A stretch of 64,000 nt of DNA from Candidatus Zixiibacteriota bacterium. Lineage in GTDB: Bacteria; Zixibacteria; MSB-5A5; GN15; PGXB01. The DNA is taken from assembly GCA_040753495.1 (NCBI GenBank), contig JBFMEF010000048.1, positions 1,594 through 65,593 of the forward strand, written 5' to 3'. The position numbers and the translations under genes were made by a program. This document shows, piece by piece, positions 1 through 7,103 of the stretch; position 1 is the first letter of the stretch, and each line of letters starts with the position of its first letter. The notes beneath the pieces are model-generated. The model saw only the letters and a list, made by a program, of their open reading frames with translations. It searched no databases and was not told the DNA's origin.

Positions 1-67
1 GCACCACATCGACCAGGTTGGTGACATTTATCTCCGCCATGGCGCGATATTCCCGCTTCTTGTTCAT
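1..67 (-). CDS. ExbD/TolR family protein (N-terminal fragment, continues off the window)
   Basis: The minus-strand ATG at 65-67 overlaps the stop of the TolQ-like gene (ATGA). The translation MNKKREYRAMAEINVTNLVDVV resembles the conserved ExbD/TolR N-terminus (AEINVTPLVDV-type motif). Confidence 0.6.
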   Translation of the reverse strand, partial: MNKKREYRAMAEINVTNLVDVV

Positions 68-783
68 GACAAATCCTTCTTAATTCGTGCCTGAAACTCC
101 AGGGAGAAATTGGACGCCTTATCAAAATAGAACTTCAATTTGTTATTTGCCCAGTTATATCCAATCACTGCCGGAATCGCCGCGCCCAGTCCCACAATTG
201 TCGCCAGAAGCGCTTCCGCTATGCCCGGGGCGACCACCGCCAGCGACGCCGAACCGCGCTCACCTATCGACCAGAAGGCATCCATAACCCCAACCACCGT
301 TCCCAAAAGTCCCAGAAAGGGAGAGGCATTGGCGGTTGTCGCCAAAAAAACTACATGCTTCTCCAGATTCCCCACCTCCTCCGCCGTTGCCCGCTCCAGG
401 GTCATCCGCACTATTTCCAGGTCGTCGTCGCCAAGTTTTGCCGGCGCGTTCGATGGATTCCCGCCGCTCTGTTTCTCAAAAATCTCTTTTATCTCGTTAT
501 ATCCGGCAAGAAACAGCGCCGAAAGCGGGGAGAGGCGCAAGGTGTTCGCCTGCCCCAGGGCTTCCGTAAATTTCCTGGTGCGCCGGAAGGAACTCAAGAA
601 GATTTCGTTTTGCGCGTCAACTTTCTTATACAGCCGCCATTTGTTGAACATAATCGCCCAGGAAACCAGCGAGAAAACTATCAATATGAACAATATTATC
701 AGTCCAAACAGACTCGACTGGCCTATTATCTGCCAGACGCCGCCGGAAAATATGCTGAAAGGAAGTATCAATTCCGTTGTCAT
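64..783 (-). CDS. MotA/TolQ/ExbB proton-channel family protein
   Basis: 239-aa ORF with three hydrophobic helices. The C-terminal core SPFLGLLGTVVGVMDAF...GIAEALLATIVGLGAAIPAVIGYN is typical of TolQ/ExbB. It is translationally coupled to an ExbD/TolR-like gene. Confidence 0.85.
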   Translation of the reverse strand: MTTELILPFSIFSGGVWQIIGQSSLFGLIILFILIVFSLVSWAIMFNKWRLYKKVDAQNEIFLSSFRRTRKFTEALGQANTLRLSPLSALFLAGYNEIKEIFEKQSGGNPSNAPAKLGDDDLEIVRMTLERATAEEVGNLEKHVVFLATTANASPFLGLLGTVVGVMDAFWSIGERGSASLAVVAPGIAEALLATIVGLGAAIPAVIGYNWANNKLKFYFDKASNFSLEFQARIKKDLS

Positions 784-1001
784 ACTTTACTCTTTTACGC
801 TCCAAGCGTGTAAAAGGTTTATAATACTCGGCTTAACCGGACATGCCGGATCTCCCCAGCAATAATATGCCCAGAAACAGCTTGAGTCAATAAAAACAAA
901 TGAACGTCCCCCCGGATGCATCTTTTGCTTGACAATCCATTTCAAATTGCGTAGATGAGTTTTGGATGTTACCGGATGGATATAAGAGAAAGGAGTTCTC
1001 G

Positions 1002-1229
1002 ATGAAAAGAATCTCAATCATTCTGCTGGCCGGGTTGCTTTTGATCTTTGTTTTGGCCGGGTGTGGTAAATCGGAAAAACCTGAAGCCGATAAGTCATCC
1101 GCCACGACTGAGACAACAACTCAGACCGCTCCCGCGACCACTGACACCGCAATGGCCACCGATTCCGCCACTACCGTCGATACCACCGGCGGAACCGGCG
1201 CCGACACCACCGGTCATTCCGGACATTGA
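1002..1229 (+). CDS. small Thr/Ala-rich lipoprotein (unknown function)
   Basis: The ATG at 1002 is preceded by AAAGGAG (988-994). MKRISIILLAGLLLIFVLAGC is a signal peptide plus lipobox. The mature part is low-complexity T/A-rich and ends in HSGH. The ORF-track start at 966 is judged too early. Confidence 0.6.
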   Translation: MKRISIILLAGLLLIFVLAGCGKSEKPEADKSSATTETTTQTAPATTDTAMATDSATTVDTTGGTGADTTGHSGH

Positions 1230-1277
1230 TGTCGCTATATTGAAAATATTTCCTGGTTTAGTTGCGATATAAATGAA

Positions 1278-1308
1278 AAGGTCCCCATCCCGGGGACCTT
1301 TGGTTTTG
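1278..1308. terminator. bidirectional rho-independent terminator between convergent genes
   Basis: A 9-bp perfect stem (aaggtcccc / ggggacctt) with loop atccc. T-rich tracts follow on both strands (ttggtttt on +, ttcattt on -). Confidence 0.6.
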
Positions 1309-1328
1309 CCGTCGATATTCTGCAGCAA

Positions 1329-2456
1329 TTAAGATTCGAGCATCTCCACGTTGGCGCGCGGCACTATTGATTTGGAGCCATCTTTAAATTGCACTTCCAA
1401 AATACGGGCGCTCGAACCTGATTCCAGCTCCAGCAGTTGCGGAGGAAGGTCGGTCACCACTCCCAGTTTGCCGAAGTGGGGATGTCGGATCACCCGGACC
1501 GGCGACCCTACCCTCAACCCCTGCTCACGATAGTCGCCGGTATCCTGTTTGGCATGGATATCGGCTGGGAAGGGAATTATTACCTCCGGCCTGATAACGC
1601 CGGCTCTAATCTGAGTGGCGCCGTTGATGCAAGCGCGCTGCCCTTCCTTCGATTTCAAAAGGTCAAAAGTCTTTTGCGCCATATTTATCTGACCAAATCC
1701 TTCGGTGACAATCAGAGTAATTCCAACATCTTCCGAACCGGTAATGGCGACTCCCAGGTCATATCCCAAAAAGTCTCTTAAATCCTTGTCATCGAATCCA
1801 CCCACAACGATTCCGGCCGCCCCGACCTTAGCTGCTTTCTTAATGGCCTCAGCCGTAACCATTGAGCCGCCTACCACCACTTTCCCTTTGCATTCCGGCC
1901 CTATTTCCTGGTCGGTTAATATGGTGCTGTTGTCCGGAACGACAACCTTTATCTCCCCGTAGGTTTCGCCGCCGATTCCGAATATCCCCTGGATAAACGA
2001 ACACCACGTAGCGACCGCCACTCCCTCCCGCTCAAAAATCTCCACCACCTCACCGTCAATATACGCTTTTACCGTGACCGGTATCGGCTCTCCGCGCAGA
2101 AGCACCTGCCCCGTGATATGCGATATCGACTCTATAGTGCCGGTGATTTTTGCCGCACATTCCGATTTGAAAAGGCCGAAGAATGATTTCGTCCGCGCAA
2201 TGACTTCCCCTTCCTTGATCGCATCCCCCTGCTTCTTCAACATGGCATCATTGATATCTTCCGGCGGAAGCCCCAGAATGTTGGCAACGTTGAGCGGCTC
2301 CACCGTGCCGGGTAAATGCGTTCTTGCCACTATATCATCCGGCTTGACCTTATCGCCTTTCTTAACGACTACTGCCCCTTTTAGAGGAAGAATCCGATTC
2401 TTGGTTATCAGTATCTTGTCGGTTACTTTCAATCCGGGGGTATATGCATGTCCCAT
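1329..2456 (-). CDS. conserved hypothetical protein (lipoyl/barrel-sandwich-like N-terminus, KOW/SH3-like C-terminus; family not recognised)
   Basis: Uninterrupted 375-aa ORF with an AGAGG SD about 8 nt upstream and an 11-nt gap to the upstream gene. It is the last gene of the GlmL-like operon. The domain guesses are inference from sequence pattern only. Confidence 0.7.
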   Translation of the reverse strand: MGHAYTPGLKVTDKILITKNRILPLKGAVVVKKGDKVKPDDIVARTHLPGTVEPLNVANILGLPPEDINDAMLKKQGDAIKEGEVIARTKSFFGLFKSECAAKITGTIESISHITGQVLLRGEPIPVTVKAYIDGEVVEIFEREGVAVATWCSFIQGIFGIGGETYGEIKVVVPDNSTILTDQEIGPECKGKVVVGGSMVTAEAIKKAAKVGAAGIVVGGFDDKDLRDFLGYDLGVAITGSEDVGITLIVTEGFGQINMAQKTFDLLKSKEGQRACINGATQIRAGVIRPEVIIPFPADIHAKQDTGDYREQGLRVGSPVRVIRHPHFGKLGVVTDLPPQLLELESGSSARILEVQFKDGSKSIVPRANVEMLES

Positions 2457-2467
2457 TTATTCGCCTC

Positions 2468-3280
2468 TTATCTATCGCTACCTGATTGGATTATTTTCTT
2501 CTTCAATCTTATTACCAGAGCGATTCCGGCTAAGACTATCGCCAGTATAATAATATAAATGCTCTTATTTCCTGATTCTTTGTTCACTCCCTGCCCTGCC
2601 GCCGGCGGTTCATTTTCTGTCGTTGGTGACGCCAGCCTCTCCCGGGTAGCCAGGTCAACAATTTTGAGGTTTTCCTGGGGAGCCATCTCTCTTAGATTCT
2701 TAGTCGAAAAAGTCTCCAGAAGATTAAAGAAAACCGGCTTCAAACTGCTGAATCTCTCCCGCGGCGCATAACAGAGAAAAAGCGCTACCCCTTTTTCATA
2801 GAATTTGCGAAGCTCCAGATAGGCTTTATCGGTAGTCGCCGTTCTGATATCGCTGTATGATGCCGCCGCTTGCCGGTTGCGGTCAAAAATCAGCCTGTCT
2901 TTGCTCAAACTGGCAGCGGCGTCAAGAGCACCTTCACTGATAGTCAGAAACTGCACCTCCGCCACTGATTTCAGTACTGAATCAATCTGACGGTCGCTCA
3001 AAGCGCCGGTCTCGTGCAACGCCACAAAAACATATGCCCCGCTCTGGAACGGCTCTGATTCTGCTTCCGCCAGAACGGCGTCATAGTCAATTGAAATCAC
3101 ATCCAGTCCCTGGTCTTCCAGAAAACTGCTCACCTCGGAATATGGCACCACCCGCCAGTTGTCCGGATAGGTGACATGAAAGCCGCCGCGCCAATCGACA
3201 AAGACTCCCGCCAATGCCGAAAGGGCAAAAAGCGATGATGCGACTATCAGAATTACTTTATGGCCTAATCTTTTATGCAT
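2468..3280 (-). CDS. hypothetical bitopic membrane protein
   Basis: 270-aa ORF with an N-terminal signal-anchor (VILIVASSLFALSALAGVFV) and a C-terminal TM helix (IYIIILAIVLAGIALVIRL). Its start lies 1 nt after the stop of the upstream gene. Confidence 0.65.
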   Translation of the reverse strand: MHKRLGHKVILIVASSLFALSALAGVFVDWRGGFHVTYPDNWRVVPYSEVSSFLEDQGLDVISIDYDAVLAEAESEPFQSGAYVFVALHETGALSDRQIDSVLKSVAEVQFLTISEGALDAAASLSKDRLIFDRNRQAAASYSDIRTATTDKAYLELRKFYEKGVALFLCYAPRERFSSLKPVFFNLLETFSTKNLREMAPQENLKIVDLATRERLASPTTENEPPAAGQGVNKESGNKSIYIIILAIVLAGIALVIRLKKKIIQSGSDR

Positions 3281-3281
3281 T

Positions 3282-5138
3282 TTATTGACGCGCCAGCGCT
3301 TCTTCAGGATATACCTTCAACTCCAGCATCCATTCGCGAAGCTTTTCGACTCTAATTTTGTCATCTTCCGGAAGAATAAAGGGTCTGCCGCGGCCGTCCA
3401 GAATGATACCGACTACGCCGCCGGTAAGTTCCGTTTCAATCTTATTCCCTTTGCCATGTCCCAAGTCAAGCCCTCGTAATGGCTCCAGCTCCGCTTTTGC
3501 TTTCAGAGGAATCTCTTTATCATCTAAGCCAAGAGGAATCAATTTCATCTGGCCTAATTCAAGAGTCCCGCTTTCGACTTTTCCGTCCGGCAGGCTAATC
3601 TTATAGTTCATGAGCGGTCCCGGCTTCTTGATTTCGCCGGCCGGCGCCACACAGCATCCCAGATGAATCAAACAGTCCTTGTTGAATACTTCCGTCGCCG
3701 CCTGCTTCTGCACCGTGGAGAGCACCCCCAGCTGCGGCATCATAAAGATCGAATCAACTGCCAGTCGTGTAACTCCCTCGGGAAGGAAGGCATCAATCAA
3801 CATCATTGCCGCCTGGTGTCTTCGCGGCGCGTGCGACAGAACTCCCCCCGACCCAACCAGAATATTCAGCGTCATCATATTGACCAGCGTCTGCCCCGAT
3901 GCCGTCTGCTCAAAGGCATCGGCAATCGTTCTCTGCTGCTGAACCCCTTTTAGAACCGTGGCGAAGCTCTTGTGCTGGATGAATGCCAGCCGCAGCGCCT
4001 CTTTGGCTATCGCCTGCTCGAAAATAAGCTCTTCCATCGACTGCGGTATGGTCGTCGGGCGAATCATTTTGTTTTTGACACGATTGCGAAGGTCCCTCTC
4101 GTCCATATGGAATGGAACCCAGCGCATTACTTTGGGCAAGGTGGCTTCGGCAAAAACATTTGAAATCGAGTAACTCATCCCCAGATTCGCCGAAACCGTC
4201 CGATTAAATATCCCTTCCTTGCCATCGGGACGAAAGACCGAGAAGACATCGGTCGTGGCACCGCCGATATCTACCCCGACCGCTTCAATCCCTTCCATAT
4301 CAGCGATGGTCTTGATTATCAGCCCCACTGCCCCCGGTGTCGGCATAATAGGGGCATCGGTCCAAGTCATCAGCTTTCGATACCCCGGCGCCTGCGCCAT
4401 TACATGCTCCATAAACAGCTCATGAATCTCTTCGCGCGCCGGACCAAGATTCTCCCGCTCCAAAACCGGCCTGATATTGGGGACTGTTCTTAAATCGACT
4501 TTCTTCCCCAATGTCTCTTTCACCGGCTCCGTGGCATCTTTGTTGCCGGCATAGATAACCGGAAGTTGATAGCCGCTCCCCAGTCGAGGCTTCGGGTCGG
4601 CCGCCGATATCAATTCCGCTATTTCTACAACATGCGTGGTCGTACCGCCGTCGATTCCCCCCGACAAAAGAATCATGTCGGGCCTGAGATGCCGGATTCG
4701 CTCAATCTGCTGATGGGGGAGACGTTTGTCATTGGAGGCAATCACATCCATCACTATTGCTCCCGCTCCCAGCGCCGCCCGCTCCGCCGACTCCGCGGTC
4801 ATCGAGCGCACCACCCCGGCAACCATCATCTGAAGTCCCCCGCCCGCGGAGGAAGTCGATATATATATATCCGTTCCAACATTTCCGTTGGAGGGCGTTA
4901 TTATCTTCCCTTCATCATCCAGCAGCTTCCTCCCCGACAATTCCTCCACTTCGCCTACCGCGTTCAAAACGCCCTTGGTTACATCCTCAAACGGCGCCTC
5001 TACTGTGGTGGGAGCCTCGCCTCGCACAATCAATCGAAATTCGCCGTCTCGCTTCTCAATCAGGATTGCCTTCGTCGTGGTCGAACCGCAGTCGGTTGCC
5101 AAAATAATCTTGATATCTTCCGGATTCATTTTCGCCAT
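3282..5138 (-). CDS. GlmL/MutL-like ASKHA-fold ATPase (glutamate-mutase-accessory-like family)
   Basis: 618-aa ORF. ILATDCGSTTTKAILI near the N-terminus and VGVDIGGATTDVFSV mid-protein are the paired phosphate-binding motifs seen in GlmL/MutL-type (also EutA/hydantoinase-like) ATPases. Confidence 0.7.
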   Translation of the reverse strand: MAKMNPEDIKIILATDCGSTTTKAILIEKRDGEFRLIVRGEAPTTVEAPFEDVTKGVLNAVGEVEELSGRKLLDDEGKIITPSNGNVGTDIYISTSSAGGGLQMMVAGVVRSMTAESAERAALGAGAIVMDVIASNDKRLPHQQIERIRHLRPDMILLSGGIDGGTTTHVVEIAELISAADPKPRLGSGYQLPVIYAGNKDATEPVKETLGKKVDLRTVPNIRPVLERENLGPAREEIHELFMEHVMAQAPGYRKLMTWTDAPIMPTPGAVGLIIKTIADMEGIEAVGVDIGGATTDVFSVFRPDGKEGIFNRTVSANLGMSYSISNVFAEATLPKVMRWVPFHMDERDLRNRVKNKMIRPTTIPQSMEELIFEQAIAKEALRLAFIQHKSFATVLKGVQQQRTIADAFEQTASGQTLVNMMTLNILVGSGGVLSHAPRRHQAAMMLIDAFLPEGVTRLAVDSIFMMPQLGVLSTVQKQAATEVFNKDCLIHLGCCVAPAGEIKKPGPLMNYKISLPDGKVESGTLELGQMKLIPLGLDDKEIPLKAKAELEPLRGLDLGHGKGNKIETELTGGVVGIILDGRGRPFILPEDDKIRVEKLREWMLELKVYPEEALARQ

Positions 5139-5235
5139 CTTTTACTCGCTTATGACAAGATATTCTTTTTCAAGTACTTAACCTCCCGGCCGAAGAACTA
5201 CTCCGATACGGCAGGTTCCATTTTCAAAGACAAAA

Positions 5236-5264
5236 AATATAACATTTGTTTGCCCCTTTGTAAA
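5236..5264 (-). promoter_or_regulatory. candidate sigma70-type promoter for the GlmL-like operon
   Basis: On the minus strand: TTTACA, then 17 nt, then TATATT. It lies about 95 nt upstream of the ATG at 5138. Confidence 0.35.
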
Positions 5265-5349
5265 CTCCTTTTTGGAATCAGCCCTTCCCGCGCAGATATG
5301 GCACTCCCACCCGATTCGAATCCTTGGACTCAATTATCGGCCATATATT

Positions 5350-6498
5350 CTATATTACATTGGTCTCTTCGTGGACCAACCCTTTGGAAAATCTGTGCGG
5401 CGACAGGGGAGAGATATCGATAGAGGGATTCTTGCCGCTCAAAATTTCCGCCGTAACGATTCCGGCGGCCGGCGCATGCATTAACCCATGCCCCGAGAAT
5501 CCGGTGACCAAGAAGATACCTTCAATCTCTTCCGCATATCCGATTATGGCATGATGGTCCGGTGTCGTTTCATACAATCCGGCCCAGGCTTTGGAGACTT
5601 CGGCCGTCTCCAGGCGCGGCACCCGCTCCAGCGCTTTCATCAGAATGGTATCGGTATATTCCGGGTCCACCGAGATATCGAATGACGGCGGCACCGACTT
5701 ATCCGCCCAGCCGAGCAGAAGTCCCGGTGACTCTTTATGGAAATACAGTCCCGCTTTGACATCGACCACCATCGGAAAAGTCGGCGGTATAAAGTCAAGC
5801 GCCCCGGTAGTGACAATCTGTCTCCGAATCGGCTCCACCGGAATCTTGATTCCGGCCATTTCACCTATCAGTTTTGCCTGAGGTCCAGCCGCATTCACCA
5901 CCAGCGGTGTCGCAATTTCGCCATTATTTGTCATCACGCCGGCAACTTTTCCTCCGCTGACCCTAATGCCGGTCACTTCGGTCTCGATATTGATCTCAAC
6001 CTGCAGTCTCCGGGCGCCGGTGGCATACCCCTGTATCAGGTCGCTGGGGTCAGCCAGTCCATCATTTTTGCAAAAGGTTGCTTTGATTATATCATCAGTT
6101 CTGACTTCGGGGGCAATTTTGTTGATTTCCGATGGCTCAATCATCTGCACCGGCAGCCCCAGAGAGCGCTGCAACTCCATCGCCTTGCTGAACTGCGCCA
6201 GTTCCTTCTCGTCCGACAACAGAAACATATATCCGACCTGGTCAAATAAGGCATGATACCCGACCTCATCCTCGAAATTCGCCAGAATCTTCTCGGAAAG
6301 CATTGACATTTCAATGTTTACTCTGGTTGTGAATTGGGCGCGAATACCGCCGGCGCATTTGCTGGTCGCTCCGGCTCCCAGGAAAAGCTCCTTCTCCAAA
6401 ACTACAATCTTCCCAAATTTCCGTCGTGCCAGCTCATATGCCGTCGCCAGACCAATAATCCCGCCTCCAACTATGACAACATCTGCGCTCTTAGTCAT
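5350..6498 (-). CDS. FAD-dependent oxidoreductase, DAO family (sarcosine oxidase beta / glycine-D-amino-acid oxidase-like)
   Basis: 382-aa ORF with the N-terminal Rossmann motif DVVIVGGGIIGLATAYELA. Length and pattern fit DAO-family flavoenzymes. Confidence 0.85.
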   Translation of the reverse strand: MTKSADVVIVGGGIIGLATAYELARRKFGKIVVLEKELFLGAGATSKCAGGIRAQFTTRVNIEMSMLSEKILANFEDEVGYHALFDQVGYMFLLSDEKELAQFSKAMELQRSLGLPVQMIEPSEINKIAPEVRTDDIIKATFCKNDGLADPSDLIQGYATGARRLQVEINIETEVTGIRVSGGKVAGVMTNNGEIATPLVVNAAGPQAKLIGEMAGIKIPVEPIRRQIVTTGALDFIPPTFPMVVDVKAGLYFHKESPGLLLGWADKSVPPSFDISVDPEYTDTILMKALERVPRLETAEVSKAWAGLYETTPDHHAIIGYAEEIEGIFLVTGFSGHGLMHAPAAGIVTAEILSGKNPSIDISPLSPHRFSKGLVHEETNVI

Positions 6499-6538
6499 AT
6501 CTAAATCCCGTCAATATAAAGAAAACTGGTAAGTTAAA

Positions 6539-6554
6539 AGTGAAACTTTTCACT
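6539..6554. promoter_or_regulatory. CRP/FNR-type palindrome (aGTGA-N6-TCACt) upstream of the flavoenzyme gene
   Basis: Perfect inverted repeat agtgaaa-ct-tttcact centred about 48 nt upstream of the ATG at 6498. It matches the TGTGA-N6-TCACA half-site layout. Confidence 0.25.
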
Positions 6555-6832
6555 TAGTTAATTTAGGAGTGAGGAAAGATAAGTCAAGGGAAAACGAAAC
6601 CGGAATCAAAGGCAGTTCAATCTTGATTCAAATCCGAGGTTTCGAATATTTTAAACTCCCTTCAAGAGATGCCAGCAGAAATGGCAATCTGGATTAATGC
6701 TGTCCACTATGGCGCCTTTTATATTTTCTCGAGCAGTTTTTAAGTAATTATAAAATAATGACTTACCTTAGATCTATGAGCAAAAAGTATAACTTACTCA
6801 TGGCTGGATAAAGACTTAAACGATAATTTTAC

Positions 6833-6861
6833 TTGACATTTGGCCAAATTAAAGATATTTA
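6833..6861 (+). promoter_or_regulatory. candidate sigma70-type promoter of the small orphan transcript
   Basis: TTGACA (6833-6838), then a 17-nt spacer, then TATTTA (6856-6861), inside an AT-rich island. Confidence 0.4.
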
Positions 6862-6976
6862 ATTAATAAATGAGGCGTTCTCAGATAGTCCCTTAAGAGG
6901 AATATTCGCAATTTTTAAACAAGAGAAGCCCGGTTTAGCCGGGAACATTAACCTCAACTTCGAAGGAGGTGGATTG

Positions 6977-7048
6977 ATGTACACACTCACCATCGAGAGA
7001 CTTGAGGAGAAAATCGCCCCCGTAGGTCTAAGCCTTGGCGGGCAATAA
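6977..7048 (+). CDS. candidate 23-aa microprotein MYTLTIERLEEKIAPVGLSLGGQ
   Basis: The ATG is preceded by GAAGGAGGTGG with a spacing of about 7 nt, one of the strongest SD sequences in the window. A promoter lies upstream and an intrinsic terminator 20 nt downstream. It is too short for the ORF track. Confidence 0.35.
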   Translation: MYTLTIERLEEKIAPVGLSLGGQ

Positions 7049-7069
7049 GCTCCTTTGAAAGTTGATGGC

Positions 7070-7103
7070 GGGGGCAGGGCTAACGGCCTGCCCCCATCTT
7101 TTT
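7070..7103 (+). terminator. rho-independent terminator of the small transcript, overlapping the 3' end of the convergent kinase gene
   Basis: A 9-bp stem (gggggcagg / cctgccccc) with an 8-nt loop, followed by atcttttt. The loop contains the TAG stop (7080-7082, minus strand) of the Ser/Thr kinase. Confidence 0.6.

Noticed and set aside
4858-4872. (AT)6 dinucleotide run inside the GlmL-like CDS, and other short homopolymers (T7 at about 37317, A8 at about 60653).
   Set aside because: All are in frame within intact ORFs (for example encoding ..DIYIS..). They are too short to argue for phase variation without read-level evidence.
5311-5330. T-loop-like GATTCGAATCC sequence in the spacer upstream of the GlmL-like operon. 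A similar GGTCGAATCCC occurs at about 24577-24590.
   Set aside because: The flanks are not complementary, so there is no 5-bp T-stem, and no cloverleaf can be drawn on either strand.
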